DNA of 64,000 nt from Eledone cirrhosa (Eukaryota). The stretch lies in assembly GCA_964016885.1 (NCBI GenBank), contig OZ024743.1, positions 258,044,001 to 258,108,000 of the forward strand. The letters are read 5' to 3'. The position numbers and the translations under genes are program-made. The notes under the pieces were generated by a model. That model searched no databases. It was not told the DNA's origin and saw only the letters and a program-made list of their open reading frames with translations. Of this stretch, positions 38,916 to 51,639 are shown in pieces (within the stretch, counting starts at the first letter, position 1; each line of letters begins with the position of its first letter).

Positions 38916-39735
38916 ATATATATATATATATATATAACTACACATATAGATATGTGTGTATATGTGATTCATATATGTGTGTATAAACGCATGTATGCAT
39001 ATATGAGTATGTGTGCATACATAAGCATCCACAGATATGTGCAGGAATTAATGTGTCAGCGAAAATGGTAAAAGGCAAATAGGCACATGCCAGTGACATG
39101 TGAATAGCTCACTGATGTGTGTGTCTGTCTGTGACTGTTTATGCCTGTGTCTGTGTGTGACTGTTTATGTGTGTGTCTGTGTGTGACTGTTTATGCCTGT
39201 GTCTGTCTGTGACTGTTTATGCGTGTGTCTGTGTGTGACTGTTTATGTGTGTGCCTAATTAATGAACATGCTTCTGTGAGTGGACTGTGTGTCTCCACGT
39301 TTGTGTGTGTGACGGACTGCGGTGGTGAGTGAATGGTGTGTGTGAGTGTGTGTGTGTGTGTGTCTCTCTAATTGACAAGCATGCTTCCGAGAGTGAACTG
39401 TGTGCCTGTGTGTGTGTGTGTCTGTTTGTGTATGTGTGCTGGTGAGCGAACAGCGAGTGTGCGTCTAATTGACGAGTATGCTTCCATGAGTGAAGTATGC
39501 CTGTGTGTTCCTCCCACCCATCTTTTGTGTGTGAGACAGTGCTGGTAAGAGAATGATGTGTATAGCACGCTTCTGTGAATGGATGGCATGCGTGTGTGTT
39601 TGTGTGTGTGTCGTCCACACATGAGTCTGAAGTATAATTGTATTTAAATTTGCATTTCACTGTACACTGTCACTATGTTTAAGCTTGAGTGTGTGTTTGT
39701 ATGTAGAAATATAGATGTATGTATGTGAGTATATG

Positions 39736-39775
<40 letters not shown>

Positions 39776-39814
39776 ATACATATTCAAGAGTGTGTGTGTA
39801 TATATTTCTCTCTC

Positions 39815-39861
<47 letters not shown>

Positions 39862-39878
39862 CTCTTTCTCTCTCTCTC

Positions 39879-39921
<43 letters not shown>

Positions 39922-40359
39922 ACACACACAGATATATATATATACACACACATATATATATATATATATAAGCATGCACAGGTAATGATTGACAAATAAT
40001 CGGAAAATCAGATATTTGGATAGACAGATGGGTTGAGATATAGAGGGATCGGAAAATAGATAGATGGATAGATAGATAAATAGATGTGTTGCTAGGATCA
40101 TCATCATTATCAACATCCAATTTCCCTGTTAGGAAGGGTTGGATGAGTCGTCACAGACAAACTCTGAAACAAGCATAACTACTAACGTATCATCATCATC
40201 ATCATCATCATCAAGGTTTAGCGTCCGTGTTCCACGCTTGCATGGGTTTGGATGGGGGTTTTCCCACTTGAGGCAAGAGTGGTTGTCTTGCTCACATAGG
40301 ACTGTCTGGTATATGTGTATATATATATATCTATATATGTGTTTGTGTGTATATATATA

Positions 40360-40390
<31 letters not shown>

Positions 40391-40783
40391 ATTTTTTAAG
40401 GCCCCTCCATCAGTCAACAATGACCATGGTTTTGTACCTAGGAAGTTTCCTTCTTAGGCACAGGCTTCCTCTCACTTCTACAGGCTAACACACTTCCAGT
40501 AACTGGTTTCTATCCTTTGAGGGGATTTTTACCCAATGTCATCAAGGACGACATTTCGCTCTTTTAACAGCTTCCTTGCACTGAGTTCTTCCAAGTACTC
40601 TAGGAATTCTAATACACTTGCGTTTCAAACTCGATATTCGGGATACATTTGTTTACATATATATATAGATATATATATATATAGATATATATGTATGTGT
40701 GTGTGTGTATGTATACCCCCAGTACGGCCAGTGACTAACAACTAAATCCAGTAAAAAAGTAAAAGAATGCATGTACGCTCACA

Positions 40784-41829
40784 TCATCATCATCATCACC
40801 GTTTTACGTCCGTTCTTCCACGCTAGCATGGGTTAGACGGGTTGTCCTGTTGTGGGCAGTGTCTTGTCGGCTGACCATGCCTTGCTCATACAGGAAATGA
40901 TTTGGTTTGATTTCTACAGCTGGATGCCCTTCCTAACACCAACCTCATTTACAGTGAGTGCTGGGTGCTTTTTGTGGCGCCTACACGTCCACTTTACAGT
41001 GTGGGCTGGGTGCTTGTTTGCCGTGGCACCTCCACGACCACCTTGCAGTGGAGGGTGTGGGGGCATATTGTCTATATACTTCAGCTTGTACCCATGGGAG
41101 GTCGGGTACTCTGTATTACTGTGTGACGCCAGAGGTCAGGGTCGTGTGTCATTGTCTTTGAGAGGTGTAATTGGGTAAGGTCGGCTTTTATCACCTCATC
41201 CCAGGTCATCTTGGGTCTCCCCACTCCGCGGTTTCCATCAGCTTCTAGTGCTCTGCACCTTTTTATGCAGCTGTCATCCTTCGTACGCATCACATGTCCA
41301 TACCAGCGCAACCGCCTCTCCTGCACACAGCATTTGATTCCTTTTATGCTCAGTCTCTCTCTCATTTATGGTTTGTCGTTCACGTATATTACTGTTACAC
41401 ATCCATCGGAGCATGCAGGCTTCATTTCTCTCTAATCTACGTAAGTCTTCCACCTTCAGCGCCCAGGTCTCACTACCATGCAACATTGCTCTTCGGATAC
41501 ACGCATCATACAGTCTGCCTTTCATTCTGAGGGAGAAGCCTTTTGCAGCTAGCAGTGGTAGTAGTTCCCTAAACTTCTTCCATCCCGTTCTTACCCTAGT
41601 TATTGTACTTTCTGAACACCCACCTCCGCTGCTAATTCGGTCACCTAGGTAGCAGAAGCTGTCTACTGTTTCTACAGAGCCCTCCCAGAGATTGGTGGTA
41701 CTTGTTTCCTGTGGCTGTTTGCTGCTTGCTGTCTCAGTACAGCTGCTGCATGTGAATCCTACATTCTTAATTAAGCTTCCTGAGATCCCGCTACATCTCT
41801 TGTGTACCCATTGTTTGCATTTGGGGCAA
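40784..41829 (-). mobile_element. 5'-truncated RTE LINE copy with frameshift
   Basis: Near-identical reverse complement of 27157-28207; ORFs 41274..41525 and 41081..41365. Confidence 0.95.
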
Positions 41830-42698
41830 TTAATTAAGTTAAAGTTTATCTTAAACCCAGAGGCTCATCAGGTCAGTTTATTTGGTGTTAAGTAACTGAG
41901 TGTACAAGTCTCCCCACTGGATATGATGTCAGTCCATCGAAGTGTTGAGCTTCAGCTACTGGTACTCATGTTCAGCTGAGTGTATTGGAGCAACATGAAA
42001 TGTTTTCCTCAAAAAGACTACATGCCATGTATCCGGAATCGAACCCACAACATTATGATTGCACATCCAGCATCTTAGCCACTAAGCCAAGCACTTTCAT
42101 GTGTGTGTATCATCATAATCATCGTTTAACGTCTATCTTCCATGCTAGTATGGGTTAGACGGTTTTGTTCCATTTGATGCGGGAATGGTTGGGAGACCGT
42201 GTCTCGCTTGTACGGAAGTGTCTCTGGCAGGTTTTCTACGGCTGGATGGCCTTCCTAACACCAAACACCTTTACAGTGTGGACTGGGTTTTTTTTTGTTG
42301 TGTATATATATATATGTATGTGTGTGTATATATACACACACACACACACTCCTATATTAGCAAGACATGGTCACCCGACCCAACTTGACTCTAAATGGGA
42401 CAAACCTGGCTAACCCATCCTAGCATGGAAGATATACGTTAATCGATCATAATGATGATGTATATATATATATATATATAGTAATTATAATAAATGTGAA
42501 GACTAAAATCCAAAGAGGGCTCGAAATATTTACTTTTGCGTTCATAGATTGTTTTTTTTTAGTTTCAGATATATATATATATATACACAGATATTTATTC
42601 TATTGTAAATTGAGCCAACTTATACAGCTTCATATGCAAATGAGATTAATCACCTTATTTACACAGATGAGAAAATATATATTCTTGCCTGTTTTCAA

Positions 42699-42791
42699 GT
42701 CCAGCAGTTGCAAGGGTGGGAGGGATCGTCCTGATGAGAACCAGTTGAGTTTGAAATGCATCAACGATTGTCCCCCTTGCTTCTGCTGGAC
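42699..42791 (+). ncRNA. Minimal type I hammerhead ribozyme with long stem I
   Basis: gatcgtc CTGATGA gaac cagttga gttt GAAA tgcA TC aacgatt; palindromic stem III ATGCAT; stem I extends through gcaagg/ccttgc and gtccagcag/ctgctggac. Confidence 0.75.
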
Positions 42792-43101
42792 GCTGCCAGG
42801 TGGCGTTAGCTGCTGGTGCTTTTGCATAGCTACAGCTTTCTAAATGTTTATTTATAAACATACCGTATTTCTTTAGAAATAGGCAATTTGAATACATATC
42901 TGTATACAGCTATGCTCAAAGCTAAATTCTAATTCTATTCTGTGGTGTTAGGAAGGGCATCCAGCTGTAGAAATCAAGCCAGAATCAGTTCCTGTATGAG
43001 CAAGACAGAGTCAGCTGACTGGACAATGCCCACAACAGGACAACCCGTATAACCCATGCTAGTGTGGAAGAACGGACGTAAAACGGTGATGATATACATA
43101 T

Positions 43102-43500
43102 GAAAAAAGTGTTCAAAAAGCACATCTGGTATACATATAAAAAGGATCTTTATAACTTGGATAAAAAATTGATGTTAGCAAAGCCTGCTTTCTCTGTTTT
43201 AGATCTTCAAAACATTTCTTTTTAAGTGAAATTGTTTTTTCATTAAAACTCACGCCTGCTCATTTCTGACCACATTGATTTGTGTTGTTTCTATCCTTGC
43301 TAAAGTTGAGTCCTTTACTTTAGCAAGGACAGAAGCGACCCAAATCAATGGGTCAAAAATCAGCATGTAAGAGATTTAATGAAAAAGCAATTTAACATAA
43401 TAAAAAAGGTTTTAAAGATCCAAAATTGAGAAAGCAAACATTTTTTATGCATATTATAAAGATCCTTTTTATACCAGTTGCAATTTTCAGACTCTTTTTT
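43102..43500. mobile_element. Imperfect fold-back element or MITE (about 400 bp)
   Basis: Arms complementary around 43311 (tccttgctaaagt/actttagcaagga; aaaaaggatctttataa/ttataaagatccttttt). Confidence 0.75.
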
Positions 43501-43519
43501 TTTTTATAAATTTCCTTAT

Positions 43520-43862
43520 GGAGGCACATGGCTTAGTGGTTAGAGCATTGGCCTTGCAATCGAAAGGTTGTGAGTTCAATTCTCAGACTGGGTGATGTGT
43601 TGTTTCCTTGAGCAAGACACTTTATTTCACATTGCTCCAGTTTACTCAGCTGTAGAAATGAGATGATAGGGACTGAGGTCCATATGATTCCACTGCAAAG
43701 TGGTCGTGGAGGTGCCACGGCAAAAAAGCACCCAGCACTCACTGTAAATGAGGTTGGTGTTAAGAAGGGCATCCAGCTGTAGAAATGTAGCCAGAATCAG
43801 TTCCCGTCCCACCCTTGCAAGCAGGGAAAAGTGGACGTAAAATGAAATGATGATGATGATGA
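43520..43862 (+). mobile_element. SINE family A, full length
   Basis: GGAGGCACATGGCTTAGTGG tRNA-like head, body, RTE-derived tail, (GAT)n. Confidence 0.9.
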
Positions 43863-43906
43863 AAGTTTTCTAACATTCACACTTTATTTTTCAGGATTTA
43901 TGTGTG

Positions 43907-43985
<79 letters not shown>

Positions 43986-44220
43986 ACACATATGTACATA
44001 TATGTATTGGTCATGTAGATGTCGTGAGAAAAAGAACCAAGTACACACTGTAAATGTGGTTGGCGTTAGGAAGGACATCCAGTCATGGAAACCAACCCAA
44101 AATTAGCTCTGTATGAGCAAGACATGGTTCCCTAACCTGGTTTGTCTCACAATGGGACAGCTCCTCTAATCCATGCTAGCATGGAAAATGGATATTAAAC
44201 GGTGATGATGATGATGTATT

Positions 44221-44313
44221 GGAAAAAGAAGTTGAAAATGCAATGCATGTCTTTAAGAAGGTTTATTTACAATATTTTATAAGACCCCAATTGCATTTTC
44301 AGCTTCCTTTTCC
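44221..44313. mobile_element. Tiny MITE with TIRs of about 24 bp
   Basis: ggaaaaagaagttgaaaatgcaat / attgcattttcagcttccttttcc. Confidence 0.55.
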
Positions 44314-44376
44314 TATATCTTTACCTGTGTCAGATATATTAAGAAAAACTTACTTTAGAGTATATATACACACACA

Positions 44377-44453
<77 letters not shown>

Positions 44454-44470
44454 TCTCTCAATATATATAT

Positions 44471-45048
44471 ATAAGCCTTATAACCTCACATCGATAGTGT
44501 ACTTTTCTAGTGTAGGATTGCTGCAAGACAATAGGTAAAACTACAGTTGGGACTTCGAAGAAAAAATAGGAATATTTTTGTCTATTATTTCCTTGCATCT
44601 ATAATTTGATAAATAGCTCTGATTAATTGATTATTTGAATCCTTTTGATTATTTTAACTATTTCGGTCATTGAACAAAACTGGTCAAGGTAGACCCCACA
44701 CCCACATATATCTATTTTGTCCCAAACTCCCTTATGGTAGATTTATGGGTACTAACTGCTTTTTCTAGCAAATATGGTACTCGCTAAATGTACTGCCTTC
44801 ACCTCCCTCTGTGACTGCTGTATCACATGATAATGCCTCATGCCTGAGAAATATTAACATGTAACATTCAGGTCAAGAAACAGTCCACTAAATTGAAGGG
44901 TCTCTTGATAAGCCTTATAACCTCACAGTGATGGTGCACTTTTCTTGTGCGGAATTGCTGCAAGACAATAGGCAAAACTGCAGTCGGGAATTTGAATTAA
45001 AAATAAGTATATTTTTCTTTATTATTTCCTCGCATCTATAATTTGATA
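44471..45048 (+). mobile_element. Tandem element with 437-bp period carrying U3-A8 hammerheads
   Basis: 44471-44611 is repeated, diverged, at 44908-45048; HHR at 44901-44989: tctc TTGATAA gcct..aggc AAAA ctgcaG TC ggga. Confidence 0.7.
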
Positions 45049-45050
45049 TA

Positions 45051-45632
45051 CAGTAGTCCCCCGCTATATCGCTGCTCACTTTTTGCAGTCCTGCTATATC
45101 ATAGATTTTTCTTTGGAACATATCTAATTTCCTATCATGGTAATCCTCACTACATTGCAGATTTTTAATTAGAACATATCTATATCCTTATCGCGGTACC
45201 TACATCTGAATAAAAATTGTATAAAATTTAAACTTATTGAATAAGTTTCGATGTGATTGAAGAGTATAGCATAAGAAGGGGGCATGTTTTTATTTTTCAT
45301 TCCATTACTGTTTTACTGATTGTGTTTTTCTCTAATCTACTACAAACCCTTGATATATTGATGGGAAATGTGCAGTGTATTACCAAGGGGTTAACGTGAC
45401 TGGTAATGATTTTCATTGGTAACTAGTGGTACAATTGTTAATGACTGTTTTTGGTGTTTAAATACAAAAGTGTGTTTTAATGGTTTATATGTACTTAAAG
45501 CATGTAGGAGAGGTATTTTAAGGCTTAAACTATGAAAACAATGGTTGTCTTTATGGTCTCTCTATATCGCGGATTTTCATTTATTGTGGTTGGTTCTGGA
45601 ATGTAAACCCCATGATAAACGGGAGATTATTG
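45051..45632. mobile_element. Tigger/pogo-type non-autonomous DNA transposon
   Basis: TA-CAGTAGTCCCCCGCTATATCGC ... GATAAACGAGGGATTATTG imperfect TIRs. Confidence 0.7.
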
Positions 45633-45777
45633 GATATATATATATATATTAGAAAGTGAGGTTTTTTTTACAAAATGAAAAAAAAACGAGGTGTCCTACA
45701 CGAGTGAGAGTATAAGGAAAAAAAATGAAATCGAAAATGTAACTGGAGTCTTTTTTTTAAAAATATATTTATTTGGT

Positions 45778-45817
45778 TCCTTTAACGGTTTCGCAGTTCT
45801 TGTGCTTTTCAAAAGTA
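45778..45817 (-). ncRNA. Minimal U3-A8 hammerhead motif in a (TA)n-flanked remnant (45650-45855)
   Basis: Minus strand tactt TTGAAAA gca caagaac tgc GAAA ccgT TA aagga; AATAAA downstream. Confidence 0.6.
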
Positions 45818-45850
45818 GAATTGAGATGGAGGGTTTGTGGTTTTTCTCAC

Positions 45851-45953
<103 letters not shown>

Positions 45954-46589
45954 TGTGTGTGTGTGTGTATGTGCATGTGTGTATGAGAAAAAGAAAGTAA
46001 CATTTACAGACAACTGTGGGTGATTTCTGGGTAATCAACCCAAAATTCATAGATACATAGTTTTATCATATAAATGTATAATGGAGGAGGGGAGGAGTCT
46101 TATAATTTGAGAATGAAGAGGTAAGGTTGATTGGTTCCTACCGCAATACAACAACAAATCAATAGATCAATGAACTGAATAATAGAAAACAAAACTAAAA
46201 AGGAGTTTGAAAAATAAATATATATGTCTGGGGTGTCAGTTGCCTCGCTTCACTACTGTCTTAGTCTGTGAAGTCTTGTCCAAACCTTGCTGGCAGGGAA
46301 AGTGGACATTAAATGATGATGATAGATTGATATAAATTGTATGGAAGATCGAAAGTGATTAATCTTTCCTCTCTCAAAGTAAATGCTGGTTTCTAGTTAG
46401 GCTATGAAGGTCTGAGATAATTTAGAATGGGTTTGGAAAGAAAATGAGACATGATAACTTTCAGGATTCTTCTCGCAAAGGAATTAGTGAAGTATGCGTA
46501 TATGGAATGAATTGATTCCTATTGAAAATTTAACCTAAATCCTGCATTAAATCACACAGATTATTCCCATATACCACACTTCTTTGATA

Positions 46590-46980
46590 CCTCCTTTTCC
46601 CCCTATATTTATGTCATAGACAGGCTAATGTTATATGATCCCCTCCTCTCGTATTTATACCATTCTGCTTCAACCACTCCTATATATTTGAAATATAGAC
46701 AACCTAGTGCTATATATCACAATACATCAACATGCCACCATACATTTAGGTCATAGATAGCCTAGTGCTATATACCACACAGCTATAACACCTGTTCCTG
46801 TATTTAAGTCATAGAAAACTTAGTGCTATATACCACACGACTTCAATACCCTCCCTACTGTATTTATATCATAGATGACTTAGTATTATATAATATATAT
46901 CCCTATTTCAACACCCATTCCTGATATTTAAGTCTTAGACAACTTAGTGCTATATACCACACTATTTCAACACCCCCTCT
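46590..46980. repeat. Degenerate tandem repeat of about 62 bp, about 6 copies
   Basis: Recurring tatttaagtcatagacaacttagtgctatataccacac. Confidence 0.75.
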
Positions 46981-47189
46981 TCTAATGGAGAAGTCCTAAT
47001 TAGATTTGTTATCCCCATTATGTCTTCAATTTATTTTTTTCTAGGACTTCTTCTTGGTCTCTTTTCAGGATCTTTTCTAGTGATCACCCTTTACACACTC
47101 AAACACAGACATGTATATATAGTGATAATGGATATGTGTGTTTACGTACACCCATAAGAATATGTCAATAAAGCAATATATATATTTAG

Positions 47190-47890
47190 GTGAATAGCTT
47201 TCAAAGACTACAAAGACATAATTTAATACCATGCTGTGACTCATTAATGCTGTAAAGAGTGAATTAGAAATAATTTGTCAATAAATTTGAAGCTCTATAA
47301 TGTCAAAATCATACAAGCCATTGGTTTACCTTTCTAAAACAATGGCACTTTGGCAATCAAGTGGTTTAATAACTTAATGGAGAAACATAAATGTAAATTC
47401 ATTCAATTTGATATGAGAGTTTTATCCATCCATTGCAAAACCTCTGGTTCTAAAAGCTTTAGTGTTTGCTAGTTCATTGACTGGTGATAATGTTAATAAT
47501 ATTAAAGTGATAGAGAGTACTTGAAAGTCATTGCCTTTCTATGACAATTCCACTTTTTGCTTAAATGTAGGGACAATGTCATTTTTGGTATGACTATGTG
47601 TAGTTATGATGGTCCAAAGATTTGTGAGTTAGTGGAATTTTACATATGCGATATTAGGCTAACCACAAAACAGTTTTCCCCAAATCTAGAATTAGGACTT
47701 TTTAGCGATGATAGTCTGATGATATCATGGCTCTGTAATGGTCATTTCTGGTTTCGTTCAGGAATAATTCAAATACTTTTCAAGGATTTTGACAAATACT
47801 TTCCCAAAATAAAGCTTAATGGGAAGCTTCTATATATGAATAGATTAATTAATCATCCATCCAGTGTCTGCAGAAAACTAGTCACTAACT
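47190..47890 (+). pseudogene. Penelope-like element reverse transcriptase relic
   Basis: KCKFIQFD../FYPSI, MCSYDGPKICELV (cf. MGSYDGAEICELV), GLFSDDSL (cf. GLYRDDGL), NHPSSV. Confidence 0.75.
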
Positions 47891-48084
47891 ATACTATATA
47901 CATTTTCTAATATCTCTTTGCAACATTCCGAGTTCAAATCCTGCCGAGGTTAGCTTTGCCCTTCATCATTATGGGTTCGATAAAATAAAGTATCAGTCAT
48001 ACAGTGGGTTCGATTTAATTGACTTTCTCCTCCCCCAAAATTGCTGACCTTGGGTCTAAATCAGAAACCATTATTATTATTATT

Positions 48085-48740
48085 AAGGTTGAAACTCTAC
48101 CCTGGTGTTCTACAGAGGTTTAGTTGTGGCTAAAAATGATGATGTTCTTGAGATATTTTGCATCAACAAAAATCAACTAGCCACTCTTTTCTGGAGGATT
48201 TTCAGTCCAAGGCCCATGGATAACTTCCAGAAATCCCTTGCCTGGAGGTGCTACGGAGGCGCTTTGTCAGTTCAAAATAAACTCTACAGGCATGAAAGGA
48301 CTATCAGCTGGGCCTGTCTAAGATGCATGCAGGGTGATGAAACCATGCTGCAACCATTCGTTGAGTGTCCAGGTATTGATGACTTGTGGGTTTATGTTGA
48401 ACACCTGCTGTCACATGTGGAATGAATCAACTGAGTCCATTGTAAAGAGCACTCTGCTATCTTCATTTAGAGGGAAAGAACAGGCAATTTTTATGAGAAA
48501 GGGCACTTGACCTAGCAGTTACGGTTATCATGACTTTTTGTGTGCTTTTTCCATGCGGGGCCATTGGAGGTCTTCCCACTTTTGGAGAATTTGTTTGTTT
48601 AATTTTTTAAACATTTATTTTTTAAACGTCTTTGTTATAAACAATTTTTTTTTTACTAAAAAAACATGCACTGTACCATCCTATGCCAACTTTTATTGTT
48701 TTCTTAATATGAGCCCTTTGTGGCTAATAAGGAGATCATT
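48085..48740 (+). pseudogene. Tx1/L1-clade LINE C-terminal zinc-knuckle fragment
   Basis: KSLAWRCYGGAL..CLRCMQGDETMLQPFVECP..LW resembles the zf-RVT CCHC region. Confidence 0.65.
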
Positions 48741-48749
48741 AATATTTTC

Positions 48750-49945
48750 ATTATTGTTATCATTGTGTAATTCTGTTTAGATGAATTCTGTTTCTCTATT
48801 CCCGGGTTCAGGCCATGAACCTAGGGCAATAAAAGTTTTCATTGTAGAGAGAGAACTCATCTGAGAATGTCTGCTGTTCCTAGTAGTTTGATCTCCTGTA
48901 GCTCATATTTGCTGATCTTCCAGGGAAGGAGGGGAAGGTACAGGTCTGATGATTTGGGTATTAATCCTAATGCTCCTATTACCACAGGGAAAGTGTTTGT
49001 AGTCATCTTCTACATGATCTCTATTTCTTTGTATTTTGGCAGTTTTTCCATTGTCTTCTTGTCAGTTGGTATGGAAATATTTATAATGCTACATGTCTGA
49101 TCTGTTTTGTTTTAATTGATGATATCTGGTCTGTTGGCAGCAATTTCTTGGTCAGTTATCCCCAGCATATCCTGCGAGATGGATATGTTGCCCTTTTCCA
49201 TGCCTGTGTTTGGTTGATGTTGGCAATGCGGTTGTGTCTTTCTATATAGTCAGTTTTTGCCAGCTCTGAACACCCGGAGATCTACCATTTCTTTGTATTT
49301 GTAGCATATTCTGCATAGAGGGCTAGTCCCATCTTTCACTATTCTGTGTCTATAGGCCCGAGTGTTTAGAGATTGGTCTTGTGCAGCAAGTAAGAGCCCC
49401 TCAGTCTCTTCTTTCAAAACAGCACTTCTAAGCCATGATGGTGAGCCATGCTGATTGATATCATTATCAGAAAGACATTCTGGGAATCTACCATGTAGTG
49501 GATTTGCCTTCCATTCACGGTTTAGTTCCTCTGTTTGAAGTTTCTTTGCTTTGATCTTCACAGTCATAGCTAGCTGTGCAGCACTCTGTTGTTAATTTTC
49601 TATGGTTATATCTTGTTCCATCTTCAGTTTTTTGGCTAAATTTGCTTGCCTCTTTTGTTATTGAGTGTAGTTTCTTAATTCGTTCATACTTGAGTACAGG
49701 CTTAAGAAGTTTGTCTCGGGTGTGGTGGAGGTAGCTATCTAATCCAATTGTTGTTATATGCAGCTTCCAGTTGTAAGAGCTCCCATCCACCTTCTCTCCT
49801 TGAGATATACAACCTATGTACATAGGATTTAGGGTCGTGCATTTTTTCTGTTGTCAATAGTTTCTTGGTCTTAGTGTCCATCCTTTGTAGTTCTTGCAGT
49901 TTCCAGTTTATGATGTTAAATCTTTATGTGGCCACCGGTACTGTT
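48750..49945 (-). pseudogene. R4/Dong-clade (REL endonuclease) LINE 3' fragment
   Basis: WKANPLHGRF..WL..LKEETEGLLLAAQDQSLNTR..CRIC, then ANRPDII and PVVIGALG. Confidence 0.8.
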
Positions 49946-50139
49946 AGACCAGCCCTTGCCATTCTGAGTTCAAATCCCGTTGAGGTTAACTTTGCTTTTC
50001 ATCCTTACGAAGTCGATAAAATAAAGTACCAGTAATGTACTGGGTAATTGCTGGCCTTGTGCCAATAATAGAAACAATTATTATTATTCATTGTCACATT
50101 AGTCTTCTTTTTATTGTGTGTTGTCACTGTGTTACTGAG

Positions 50140-50405
50140 AACAACTCAGTGCACCTTGGGTGTGAACAATCCTATTTTTGGTGTTATTTCAATCATGTTG
50201 AATGTATTCTTTCTAAAGTATGTGCAGTGCCTTGCAGTGCTATTTTCTGTATGCTGTATATATTTGTATGTCTTGGGATTTTTTATGTATCCTTCTGTGC
50301 TTTTTTTTAATCATTCCAAAGGCACCTACTATCATAGGGATTGTTTGTTTTCATCATCCGCATTCAGGTTATTTCTATCTACCGATCTTTATATTTGGAT
50401 AATTG
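50140..50405 (-). pseudogene. Second R4/Dong-like C-terminal fragment
   Basis: Minus strand KYKD..IPMIVGAFG..IQKIALQGTAH. Confidence 0.6.
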
Positions 50406-50960
50406 TAAAGTCTCTATTGAGTTGTTCTTAAGCTACACAAAACTATATCACTCTCCTCTAATATGAAGTTTTGTTTCTTATTTTTGTGCAACCAAGCCTC
50501 CTCATACATACATACATACATGATGATGGCTGCAACTCGATTTTGAGTAATGTCATTGCTTGATACTTAAGCATGTACATCACTGACATGACTTCCTAGT
50601 CCTGCTAGGGACCTGCCTATGGCCAGGAGTGCCATGCATCACAAAAAATGTCATATATCAAGCGATGGCCGAACACTCCACCCACATCCTAATCACACTA
50701 CCCTTCACCCAAGCATTTACTCCCCACCCTAGTCCCCAGTCCACACTGTAAAGTGGTCATTACAGTGCCATGATAAAAGGCACCCAGCACACACTGTAAA
50801 TGTGGTTGGCGTTAGGAAGGGCATCCAGCCATAGAAACCAAGCTAGAAACAGTTATGTATTAGCAAGACATGGTCACATGACCTGACTTGCCTCAAATGG
50901 GACAACCCGTCTAACCCATTAACCCATGCTAACAGTGAAGAAAATAGACCTTAAATGATG

Positions 50961-51003
<43 letters not shown>

Positions 51004-51575
51004 AAAGAGACCTTTTAAAATTGAATTACCATATATACTTATGTATAAGTCAAGAAATATGTGACAAAAAATCAATGGTTATTTGCTAATTTTCAATAAT
51101 TCTGACATCTTAGTATAAACGACACCAAAATGCCTCGAATGATACATTTGGATACTCGACAGTTTCTATCAGTGAAAATGACAATACTTAAAAGAATTTT
51201 ATCATCATATTTGTATTGCACCCATTCAAAAAATATATCTGTTAAATATGTAATTTCACAGAGGTTGCAAGGAACAAACTAAAGCAGCAGTATACATGCA
51301 CATGTACACACTTACACTGTTTCTTAGGAGAGAGAGTAGATGAGATTTAATGAGGCTTATGGTATGGACTTTCTTAACTGCCATTGATTAGTTTGCACGT
51401 CGATAATTTTGCTTTCTGAAATGATTGTAAATCAATGGAGTAATTAAGTGCTTTATATTTTTTCTTCTTCTTATATATTATATGTACATACTTGTGTGAG
51501 CTTCTATGTATCTACCATTATATCAATCTAAATTGCTATTATATATATATATATATGCATACATGTGTATATATG

Positions 51576-51622
<47 letters not shown>

Positions 51623-51639
51623 GTGTATATATATATATA

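Noticed and set aside
40490-40550. Minus strand TTGATGA..GAAA ccagttactgg
   Set aside because: Lacks the UH cleavage site and stem I; at best a heavily decayed relic
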